Source of the DNA: a virus
Taxonomy: Duplodnaviria; Caudoviricetes
DNA: 38,934 bases
IMG/VR virus record: IMGVR_UViG_3300007520_000038
Span: 1 to 38,934 of that record
Reading direction: 5' to 3' (one strand)
The notes below the pieces were generated by a model. That model made no database searches. It was not told where the DNA came from and saw only the letters and a program-made list of their open reading frames with translations. Of this stretch, positions 15,663-24,333 are shown in pieces (the first letter of the stretch is position 1; each line of letters opens with the position of its first letter). The translations under genes were made by a program, and so were the position numbers.

Positions 15663-18638
15663 TTAGGGAGTATCTTCGTGAGGTACTACAGTCCAAATAT
15701 GTCGCTTTATTTGAGTATTATATACATTGCGATGGTACTCGCTATTTTCATTCCCCTGCCAATGATCCATTAAACCTTCAAAACGACTCGACGCCCATTC
15801 TTTTACAGTCTCATGCTTCTCGAGTTTCCACTTCTGCTCCTTATCAATAAGAAACTCATGCTCGTCTGCATATCGCGAATGTGGTTTTATATAAAGACCC
15901 TTATTATATCCGACTGGTAGCTTGAAGTGTATTATGTGCTTATCGTATGTATTCTTTACCGTGCTCAATGTTGAGGTAGCGGGGGTTAATGTTGTACGTT
16001 TAACAGGATTCATTGGAATAGGGCGCGGAGATTGCTTCTTTTTAAATTCAACTGTCTTTATATTAAACTTCTTTCCAAAATCAGCTGGTGTATTAGTGTT
16101 CAAAGATGCAGAAGTGAATGCAGGCATATGTATTACCCTATTACCATGTTTAAAATGTTCAGAAGGATCAAACCCCACCCCTGAATACACATGAGCTTCA
16201 TGATCAAGCGGCTTACTATGTTTGTGAATTATTTTAGAAAGAGTTCGTGCATAATCGAGCATTACAGGACGACGATCTGTTACGTCTACTGATATAAGAG
16301 TATGGTTAATATGCTCACTTTGAAAACGAGTATAATTTTCTATAGATTCTTTTTCAACTTGAGTAGGTACAAAGGCGTGGTTGCGCATCATTACTGCATC
16401 ATGTTCGGCGGCCTTGGCGTGGTGTGCTGCGCGTGATATCTTATTAGCGGTGATATTTCTTGCGCCGATGTTTGCATCAATAGTTTTGTTTGCGAACATC
16501 TTTGGATCATGCTCAAGTGCTTCAGTTATTGGTTTTTCAACATGAGGAGTAACAGTCCACACATGGCGTGGAACAAATGTTATGTTATGGCTGATGTCTG
16601 GATTACGCGTTCTGAACGTTTCATGCTTTGTAATTTTCCATGTTTGATTCCGATCCAACAGATATTCATGTTCAAAAGGTAACATGGAATGCGGAGCAAT
16701 ATACGCGCCACGAGTATATCCCGGTGGGAGTTCAAAGTGTATAATATGGTGAGCTTCATCTCGCTTACCCCAACCAAAACCTTTTGCAATAGTGTGCTGT
16801 ATACTAGTGGAAGTAAACGTAGGGGTATGAAGAGTATCTCCTACCTTTGCAAATCCCGATACCAAATGTGGATGTGTTGTACCAGCATACGTATGTATCG
16901 TATGATCTTGAGGAGTTGTATACTGTTTGATTCCCTCAGATACGTCTCGAACCAGATTAGTTAGCTGATGATCACCAAGCCCTGCAGCTGAGTTGTTAAT
17001 CCGTTTGGAATCCTTTGTGTATGCCTCAAGTTGCGGGTGTATCAACAGGGTCTCAGGTTCCCCTTTATATAAACTTATATGAGGTGTCTTTGCAATTACC
17101 CCATTATGTAGAAGTGATTTATGTTCTATAAACTCAGGTGATTTTGGCATTTTGTGTAGATGTTCTTTAGTCCACGCAACAGGATCTAGATGTGGATGTG
17201 CATCATTGAAGTATGCTTCTCCATCGTGGGTTACTTCTTCTTTGACTGTATCCGCTTCATGTGGCGTTACATGCCAAACGTGAACATTTTTCTCCCCATT
17301 ATTGAATACCGTCTTGTCTTGGAGTTTAAACTTTTGATCGTGATCAAGTACTAATTCGCGTTGTAGTTTAAATAACTTATTAGCCTTGCCGCCGAAGTAT
17401 GCGCCTCTCGCATATCCCTTTGGAAGATGGAAGTGTAAAACGTGGCAATGCCCCAGCGCTTGGGCGGCAATTTGCCAAGATACCTGCGGGTTTAAACTAG
17501 TAGAAAGATACGCCGGACTATGGAATACTCCATCCGCAGCATCAAAATGACTAGAAGGATTGAATCCAATACCAGAATATGTGTGTACATCGTGATCTAA
17601 AGCAAGGTCTTTTTTAAATATTGATTTTAATCTCTTGTGATGTTCTTGCGACTGTTCATCTATTATATAATTAGGGTTTTTTGCTTTAGTTAATAGCCGC
17701 GTGTTGATAATTGTATCCCCATGCGTGTACACATCTATAGCGTTGTTATCCTTCGCAGTGTATTTCGAATCATGCAACTTTATTAGTTGGTTATGTTGCT
17801 TTACAATACTAGGATGTTCAACAATAGACTTATACGCAGGTAGTGTATCAGCTAAGCTCGCAAGCCACGTTTCATCAGACTGATACCCCATTGGAGGATC
17901 GGCGTGGAAATGCTTCTTTAATTGTGCCTTTGAAAGCGGCTCATAAAGCTCTTTTACAGCTTCAGTTGGTGTATGAGGTACTACAGACCAAATCGTTCGG
18001 GTATGACGTACGTTCGTTTTAGGATGTGTGCCGTGTGTATGTGCAACATCAGTCAGTTTCCATTGTTGGTTTCGATCCATTAGCATTTCATGCTCGCCAG
18101 TATACCGTGAGATTTGAGCTATATATCGAGCGTGTTTATAGCCTTCTGGTAGCCGAAAATGTAATATATGTGTGTGTTTAATTCCTTTGTCGTGTATTAC
18201 CCGTTGAAAGTTGTCGTGTTCTGTTGCTATACTGGGGTCTATGGAAGTACTTATGAAGTGGTTTACCCGCATTATACCCTTCCCATGCTCAAATGCATGA
18301 GTAGGATTGAACTCGCCGAGACCTGCATATACGTGGTGTGTATGTTGCAGCGGTGCTAGTCCATGCTGTATCGCCTCTGATAATGCGTTCGCAGTAGATG
18401 TGTATAGTGGACTAGGAACGTCGGCACGCAGTTCCTTATTCAAATTAAAGCTTGTTTTAGTATATGCTTCAATTGCACGATTATGTATGGGGGTAGATTT
18501 GGGGTGTAGCTTTGAGAGGTGTAGATGCTCTTCCTCGTGTGAGGGATTGATATTGTAGCATGCTGGCTCACACGATTTGAAATCAACAAATGACGTATGC
18601 TGTGGATTATGTTCGAAGGCTTCTATAATATCTGTCAT
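15663..18638 (-). CDS. polyprotein of four ADP-ribosyltransferase (VIP2/Alt-like) domains
   Basis: Four copies of YT..[IL]N / H-x-Y[SA]G / S[TA]S / HF-x-LP-x-GY / [EQ]xE motifs with VKE and ITE linkers. Confidence 0.85.
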   Translation of the reverse strand: MTDIIEAFEHNPQHTSFVDFKSCEPACYNINPSHEEEHLHLSKLHPKSTPIHNRAIEAYTKTSFNLNKELRADVPSPLYTSTANALSEAIQHGLAPLQHTHHVYAGLGEFNPTHAFEHGKGIMRVNHFISTSIDPSIATEHDNFQRVIHDKGIKHTHILHFRLPEGYKHARYIAQISRYTGEHEMLMDRNQQWKLTDVAHTHGTHPKTNVRHTRTIWSVVPHTPTEAVKELYEPLSKAQLKKHFHADPPMGYQSDETWLASLADTLPAYKSIVEHPSIVKQHNQLIKLHDSKYTAKDNNAIDVYTHGDTIINTRLLTKAKNPNYIIDEQSQEHHKRLKSIFKKDLALDHDVHTYSGIGFNPSSHFDAADGVFHSPAYLSTSLNPQVSWQIAAQALGHCHVLHFHLPKGYARGAYFGGKANKLFKLQRELVLDHDQKFKLQDKTVFNNGEKNVHVWHVTPHEADTVKEEVTHDGEAYFNDAHPHLDPVAWTKEHLHKMPKSPEFIEHKSLLHNGVIAKTPHISLYKGEPETLLIHPQLEAYTKDSKRINNSAAGLGDHQLTNLVRDVSEGIKQYTTPQDHTIHTYAGTTHPHLVSGFAKVGDTLHTPTFTSTSIQHTIAKGFGWGKRDEAHHIIHFELPPGYTRGAYIAPHSMLPFEHEYLLDRNQTWKITKHETFRTRNPDISHNITFVPRHVWTVTPHVEKPITEALEHDPKMFANKTIDANIGARNITANKISRAAHHAKAAEHDAVMMRNHAFVPTQVEKESIENYTRFQSEHINHTLISVDVTDRRPVMLDYARTLSKIIHKHSKPLDHEAHVYSGVGFDPSEHFKHGNRVIHMPAFTSASLNTNTPADFGKKFNIKTVEFKKKQSPRPIPMNPVKRTTLTPATSTLSTVKNTYDKHIIHFKLPVGYNKGLYIKPHSRYADEHEFLIDKEQKWKLEKHETVKEWASSRFEGLMDHWQGNENSEYHRNVYNTQIKRHIWTVVPHEDTP

Positions 18639-18641
18639 GTC

Positions 18642-21600
18642 TTATTTATCATGCGGCTTTAGAGTAATAATTTGATATTTACTATGGGAAATTCGACCCG
18701 CAAGGTGGGCCGCCGTCCGGAAGATAGCACCATGTACGTTTTGCACGTGATGTACTTTCCATGTTTGCCCTTTATCTAATAGATATTCATACTCTGTATG
18801 ATGCATTGAAGCGTGTTCGCCGAGATATGTCCCACGATTGTATCCCTTCGGAAGATGGAAATGTAGAACGTTTCTCACACGATCGTGTATAGCTACTCCT
18901 GGAGCAAAGTGTCGGGCTGAAAATCCAGCGCCGACGTTTAAATCGATACTAGTGGATGTAAATGATGGCATATGAATTACTGTACCTATCTCAGTTGGGA
19001 CGTGTCTTGAAACGCCTGAATACACATGATGCTCACGATCTAGCGGTGCATTAGTTCTCGAGATTTCTTTTGAGATATTTGCTACAGTTTTATCAAGTCC
19101 GGATCTATCCTCAGAATCGGTACTCTCTGGTTCAAGTAGATGATAATTAATATGTGATGAGATGTGAGTGTATGTATCTCGCAATGTTGGACTTTTAAAG
19201 TGATTGTGTAAATCGGATAGATGGTCATGTTCCTCTTGACGACGACCTTGCTGATCTGCCTTTAATTGTCTTACTAGCGTATCATGCTTATCCTCCCAAC
19301 TTGACGAACGTCCGACTGCAATTCGTCGATTTAAATCTACACGAGGGTTATGCTCGTACGCCTCTTTAATAACTTCATCAGTATGGGGAACGAACGTATG
19401 TATATGCATCGTCCGGGGTCCGGCTCGCCCAGGACTCTCATGCGACGCACTCGATACATATTTCCATTTTTGATTGCGATGCAATAGAAATTCTTGTTCG
19501 TCGGTGTGTTGCCACCCGCGATGCCCTATATAACTACCTCTCTTATATCCCTCTGGAAGATCAAAGTGTATGATGTGGTTACTTCGCTTTGTAGATATAA
19601 AGTTAGAGGCCTGTTCAACATTTGCAGACGTCGACATATAAGCTGGGGTATGTACTGTTGCCCCAGGTTGCATGTCTCGTACAGGATTCCAATTTGTAGT
19701 ACCAGAATAGAAATGACCTCGACGCTTTAATGGCTTCGCGGTTTCCATCATTTTATCAAGTTTTGCTACTTGAGATGATACATGTTCCTTTTGAGACTCT
19801 GTTAGACGTCCGTGGCCCGCTATTTTAAACTTAGCACCGTGTGCTTCTAAAAGCACTCGATTAATCGAGCTACTATCTTCAGTATAGGAAAGAAGCGACC
19901 ACGCATGATCTTTTGACGATGTTTTAATTTGGTTGTATTTGGTGAGATGTTTAGCATGAGCACGCACTACATCTGAATATTTTTTTACTTTTTTTCTAAT
20001 CTTTACCGGATGGTCAACATGACCCCAGTTTGTAGGCTCTGTACCTTGTGCGAATAGACCTGCCATTATTTCTGGGTCATGCTCAAACGCCTCTTTAATA
20101 GTTTCATCGGTGTGAGGAACGAACGTATGTATACTAAACTTTCCCCAACGGCATTCTTTATTAAGTGTTTGTGAACCAGTATATTTCCACTTTTGGCCTC
20201 GGTTTAATAGATATTCATTTTCATCGCCAGCTTCACTGTGTTCTCCTATATAGATCCCGTGAGGGTATCCCGTTGGTAGATGGAAGTGTATGATATGTTT
20301 AGCAGAAAACTCCGTAGCGTGATTTATACTCGCACTTGTAGACATAAAGGCTGGTGTGTGAACGGCACTACCAATAGTTAATTTCCTAATCGGATTCCAA
20401 TGACCAGTACCTGAATAGAAATGTCCATCAACCTTTAACGCTCTTGCATGTTTTGTAAAGATGTTATCAAGCTGGTTCGTCGTTGTATAAACATTCTTAG
20501 CGTCCCAATGCGGATCATCGTAATACGCGTGGGGTGTTTTTGACATCGGCAAATGTTCAAACATATTATTATGTTTGCCTTTTGCAATATTTATTAAACG
20601 TCTGTTGAGTGGGTCTGACATTTCGGAAGTATACAACGCTATCGCTTCAGCATGTGCTTTAGTTATACGTCCCTTCATAGTATTATGCTTCTCAAGATGG
20701 TATATGTGACCGGTGACCGGACCGTCTATCGATTCGTAGTCTCTGTATAGGCCTGCATGGTCTCGTTTTGTTTTTTTAGATGCACCTTTAGGTGGGTCTG
20801 TGAAGACTGCTTTCATCGTTTTAGGGTCATGTGTAAACGCCATCTCTACAATTGGCTCAGTACTATGCGGCTTTACAGTAATAACACGAACAGGCTTATA
20901 GGGACCAGGGGTGACCTTTACAGCGTGCACCCGCCACGTTTGTCCATGATCAAGCAATACCTCATGCTCTTCCACATGAGACGAATGATGTCGCATATTC
21001 ATAGCTCGGTTGTACCCAGCTGGTAAGTGAAAATGTATAACAGTCCCGCCGGCCGCGAATTTATTCGCGACATCCAAACTATGACTAGTTGAAACAAATG
21101 CAGGTGTATGAATTAGTGTACCAACTATATCAGCTTTGCGCCCCGTTGGATTCCATGAACCTGTACCAGAGTAGATATGATGCTCATGCTTAAGAGGCGC
21201 GATTGACGCGAATGCTGTTTTTATTGCGTTATATCGCTCAGGTGCTTTCGAATAATCACTCTTGGCTAAGAAGGTTTTATCTTTCGCGATGAGCGCGTTG
21301 TTGATGGCGGTGGATGATAACGTATATGCGTTTAGCGCTGAAGCTATAAGAGGTGAAACACGCGGGTGTGGTGTGACAAACATAGAAGCTAGCTTAGCAT
21401 CTATCTTATGAGTGATACTCTTTCCAAGTAAAATATTTTTCACGTTCGCGTCTGTATGAGATCGTAGCGCTTCTTTTATTTGTTCAGTGTGAGGAACAAC
21501 AGAGATTACGTGATACCCATTGTTCTGGTTAGCGGTACGTATTTTAGTTACTTTCCATTTCTGATTGCGTTTTAACAGGAACTCCTTTTCCGCGAGGTGG

Positions 21601-22970
21601 AAACTATGCCCGGCAATATATCCACCGTGTGTAGATCCCTTAGGGAGATGGAAGTGTATGATAAAATTATGTGAAAATCCCCTCGATCTTTGTGCTGATA
21701 ATGAGGTAGAAGTATACGTGGGAGTATGCAGTACGTCCCCGGCTTTCAGGTGGCGTAAATCCCAGCTACCTATACCAGAATACGTATGTATATCTTCCGG
21801 AAGAGGTTTTGATAGCGCATGGAGGTCGCGGTCGAGAGCATGTACTGAGGCTATATGCTTTGGAGTAGAGAAAGCCTGTATAGGAAACGGCTTTGCCGGG
21901 CCGAAATGCGTCAATGCAAAGGCTGATTGATTTACGTTTTGGGCTCCCGATGAAAGAGTATAAGCTGGAATAGGATCCTTCAGACTCGAACTTGAAGTGT
22001 TACGTTCACCGTAATGATTAAGTAGTCTCGCATGTTGTTCAGTAGCGTCGTCACTTGCGATATACGTGAGGGCTTTGAGTCCATCTGCTAGTTTTAATCC
22101 TTTAATCCTGGAGAACGACCTCTGGGAACGGAAAGCATGTGACGTGTGCTCTGTTTGCTCTACCACATGGGGCGTATCGTGAGGAACAAGCGAAATAAAC
22201 TTAGCTACACTCTTTACTTTAGTACCTGAATGTGCATGTTCTATACCGACTGTGTGATGTGTTACATCATGTACTTTCCATTTCTGGCCTTTGTCGAGTA
22301 GAAATTCTTGTTCTCCGGGATACTGCGAGACTGCAGACACGTGAACGCCCTTTGAATATCCCTCTGGTAGATGGAAGTGTAATATTGTACGTTGTCTATC
22401 AAGTTTGCCGTTTTTAGTAGTCGCCCATGCGCGATTAAATGCTGTTGTTGGCTGTAAACTAGTAGAAGTATACGAGGGCATGTGTAACGCATCCCCCTTT
22501 TTAATGGTGTCGAGGGCCGTCCATTCGGAAGAAGCGCCAGAGTATACGTGTGTTTCGCGCGGCATTGGTTTGCTATGCTGGGTAAATTCATGCGTTAGTG
22601 CGCTAATCGTATCTTCGTGACGTAGTGTTCGGGCCTTGAACCGGTCGTCGGCTTCGTATGGTTCTCGTTGCCTACCATTCAGTAGAAAGGCATTTGTACC
22701 ATAGGAATCTACCGTCATTCGATGAAACCCGGGTGTTTGGGATCCTGGATGCAGACCAGCATGAGTTCTCATTTCTGAATCTTCAGCCCTCGAAGCATTC
22801 CACTGCTCGTCTTTTAGTTTGGCCTTGCTATCTGTATATTTACTTAAACGACCGTTAACAGCGTTATATATTCTATTTCCAACTGCAGACTGTATATTCG
22901 GATCGTATACGCGCGGCAGATGCTTCTTTGGATTGAACTCGTATCCTTCTTGCAGGGGTGTGTGAACCAT
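18642..22970 (-). CDS. polyprotein of six ADP-ribosyltransferase (VIP2/Alt-like) domains
   Basis: Six copies of H-x-YSG / STS / HF-x-LP-x-G / ExE-x-LL...Q-x-W with VVE, IKE and IVE linkers. Confidence 0.87.
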   Translation of the reverse strand: MVHTPLQEGYEFNPKKHLPRVYDPNIQSAVGNRIYNAVNGRLSKYTDSKAKLKDEQWNASRAEDSEMRTHAGLHPGSQTPGFHRMTVDSYGTNAFLLNGRQREPYEADDRFKARTLRHEDTISALTHEFTQHSKPMPRETHVYSGASSEWTALDTIKKGDALHMPSYTSTSLQPTTAFNRAWATTKNGKLDRQRTILHFHLPEGYSKGVHVSAVSQYPGEQEFLLDKGQKWKVHDVTHHTVGIEHAHSGTKVKSVAKFISLVPHDTPHVVEQTEHTSHAFRSQRSFSRIKGLKLADGLKALTYIASDDATEQHARLLNHYGERNTSSSSLKDPIPAYTLSSGAQNVNQSAFALTHFGPAKPFPIQAFSTPKHIASVHALDRDLHALSKPLPEDIHTYSGIGSWDLRHLKAGDVLHTPTYTSTSLSAQRSRGFSHNFIIHFHLPKGSTHGGYIAGHSFHLAEKEFLLKRNQKWKVTKIRTANQNNGYHVISVVPHTEQIKEALRSHTDANVKNILLGKSITHKIDAKLASMFVTPHPRVSPLIASALNAYTLSSTAINNALIAKDKTFLAKSDYSKAPERYNAIKTAFASIAPLKHEHHIYSGTGSWNPTGRKADIVGTLIHTPAFVSTSHSLDVANKFAAGGTVIHFHLPAGYNRAMNMRHHSSHVEEHEVLLDHGQTWRVHAVKVTPGPYKPVRVITVKPHSTEPIVEMAFTHDPKTMKAVFTDPPKGASKKTKRDHAGLYRDYESIDGPVTGHIYHLEKHNTMKGRITKAHAEAIALYTSEMSDPLNRRLINIAKGKHNNMFEHLPMSKTPHAYYDDPHWDAKNVYTTTNQLDNIFTKHARALKVDGHFYSGTGHWNPIRKLTIGSAVHTPAFMSTSASINHATEFSAKHIIHFHLPTGYPHGIYIGEHSEAGDENEYLLNRGQKWKYTGSQTLNKECRWGKFSIHTFVPHTDETIKEAFEHDPEIMAGLFAQGTEPTNWGHVDHPVKIRKKVKKYSDVVRAHAKHLTKYNQIKTSSKDHAWSLLSYTEDSSSINRVLLEAHGAKFKIAGHGRLTESQKEHVSSQVAKLDKMMETAKPLKRRGHFYSGTTNWNPVRDMQPGATVHTPAYMSTSANVEQASNFISTKRSNHIIHFDLPEGYKRGSYIGHRGWQHTDEQEFLLHRNQKWKYVSSASHESPGRAGPRTMHIHTFVPHTDEVIKEAYEHNPRVDLNRRIAVGRSSSWEDKHDTLVRQLKADQQGRRQEEHDHLSDLHNHFKSPTLRDTYTHISSHINYHLLEPESTDSEDRSGLDKTVANISKEISRTNAPLDREHHVYSGVSRHVPTEIGTVIHMPSFTSTSIDLNVGAGFSARHFAPGVAIHDRVRNVLHFHLPKGYNRGTYLGEHASMHHTEYEYLLDKGQTWKVHHVQNVHGAIFRTAAHLAGRISHSKYQIITLKPHDK

Positions 22971-23000
22971 CTTCTACCTATAAATTTAATACATATAGGC

Positions 23001-23008
23001 TATTTATG
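23001..23008 (-). promoter_or_regulatory. T4-type late promoter CATAAATA
   Basis: One mismatch to TATAAATA; immediately after a terminator, 30 nt before the ART polyprotein start. Confidence 0.7.
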
Positions 23009-23010
23009 GC

Positions 23011-23034
23011 AAAAAGAAAGACTCCGAAGAGCCT
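23011..23034 (-). terminator. Rho-independent terminator
   Basis: AGGCTC-TTCG-GAGTCT followed by TTCTTTTT (C-UUCG-G loop). Confidence 0.85.
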
Positions 23035-23042
23035 AACTTTAT

Positions 23043-23378
23043 TCAAATTTTATCTTGATCAAGAAATCTTTGAAGTACTAAGGCTGTCTCAATAATATCT
23101 GATCGGTTGCCCCACTCAATCGCATGAGCGATTGCAGATTGCTTTTGATGTTCCAATACCTTATACGGAACGTCGGCAGAAATAATTAACTCAGACTTCA
23201 ACCCGCGGAACATTTCAGACATAAAATATGCATCGTCTGACATTCCATACATTATATCAGCTAGCTGAGCTTCGTCTGTGGCGTAGCTGTCATCCTTTAG
23301 AAAGAAATCGTATTGCCAGGTACCGTAACCTGATGCCCAGGTTTCACGGAATTTATACCAAACTGGAATATCGCTCAT
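23043..23378 (-). CDS. hypothetical protein
   Basis: AGGAG SD before ATG 23378. Confidence 0.7.
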   Translation of the reverse strand: MSDIPVWYKFRETWASGYGTWQYDFFLKDDSYATDEAQLADIMYGMSDDAYFMSEMFRGLKSELIISADVPYKVLEHQKQSAIAHAIEWGNRSDIIETALVLQRFLDQDKI

Positions 23379-23388
23379 AATATCTCTC

Positions 23389-23646
23389 CTAAAACCAAGC
23401 GGTTTGTTCAATGTATTCGCTTTGTCCAGCGTCTACGAAAAAGTATGTTTGATAGCTAAGAGCGGTCGATACACACTGTGCCAGCTGCTTACCAGCTGCC
23501 TCTTTATCGTCGAACGACCAAATCAAATTCCGAACCGTATCCGGGTCAATACCGTTGATCCGGTAAGAAGCTTTATGTTCTGGAGGAAGTTCCTCATGGC
23601 GAAGAATGCGATATCGACCAACGTATTCTTGATACTTCTCGGACAT
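23389..23646 (-). CDS. hypothetical early protein
   Basis: GGAGG SD; follows an early promoter. Confidence 0.7.
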   Translation of the reverse strand: MSEKYQEYVGRYRILRHEELPPEHKASYRINGIDPDTVRNLIWSFDDKEAAGKQLAQCVSTALSYQTYFFVDAGQSEYIEQTAWF

Positions 23647-23671
23647 CTCGTGTTCCTCCATCTGATGACCA

Positions 23672-23700
23672 CTTATAGTCTATCTAATGGAGGAATGCAA
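23672..23700 (-). promoter_or_regulatory. early promoter TTGCAT-N17-TATAAG
   Basis: 17-bp spacer; intergenic. Confidence 0.7.
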
Positions 23701-23704
23701 CTGG

Positions 23705-23917
23705 TTAAGACGGGAGAAAGGCGTTAGGTACGATGCACCATTGTGGTTCACCATCCACCATTTCTTTGTCGAGCCTGATGGGGCCGTAATTAGAGACGGT
23801 ATTTGCCATCATTTGTTGAAATTGATCATACGTCATATTTCCAAATATGTATTGTAAATCAATAGTCATTTTTCTCGATACAACCGCGTCAACGTCTGCA
23901 GCGGGGACGAACTTCAT
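23705..23917 (-). CDS. hypothetical protein
   Basis: TAATG-coupled to the MazG-like gene. Confidence 0.6.
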   Translation of the reverse strand: MKFVPAADVDAVVSRKMTIDLQYIFGNMTYDQFQQMMANTVSNYGPIRLDKEMVDGEPQWCIVPNAFLPS

Positions 23918-24318
23918 TAGCATTTCTTTCCATCAGCTTTAAGCCGATTAGCGAGTTGATGATCAGGGCGCGTCTTGTTAAAGTTTAGCTTTTCCTCAAT
24001 AGCGCCGCCGAGATCGAGGCCTCGTGCCCCTGCTAAGTCTAGTGCTCTAATAATTGCATCAGCCAGTTCTACTTCCAACATCGAACGGTGAGGTAGTTTA
24101 TCATCCATGAGATTTTTACGGACACCTTCCGCTGCTTCTGCAATTTCTGTTACTATAAGCATTAGTAGATTTAAGGTGTCGCGGAGTGGTCGCCCGAATT
24201 CATCACACCCTCGAAGATCTTGTTTCGTGAATGGATCTGTCCACCAACCTGCTTCAACGTTATTGTTGTGTACAAGAGTCGCAAGCTCGTTGATGACTTG
24301 GTAATTTATTTGTGTCAT
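23917..24318 (-). CDS. MazG-like nucleotide pyrophosphohydrolase
   Basis: LIVTEIAEAAEGVRK...EVELADAIIRALD, K-x-x-FN-x-x-R. Confidence 0.85.
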   Translation of the reverse strand: MTQINYQVINELATLVHNNNVEAGWWTDPFTKQDLRGCDEFGRPLRDTLNLLMLIVTEIAEAAEGVRKNLMDDKLPHRSMLEVELADAIIRALDLAGARGLDLGGAIEEKLNFNKTRPDHQLANRLKADGKKC

Positions 24319-24333
24319 ATTATATTTCCTGTG

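Noticed and set aside
15663-22970. Naming the ART genes alt or mod, or treating them as a DNA tandem repeat or assembly duplication
   Set aside because: The architecture differs from single-domain Alt/Mod, and the units are highly diverged, sharing only motifs.
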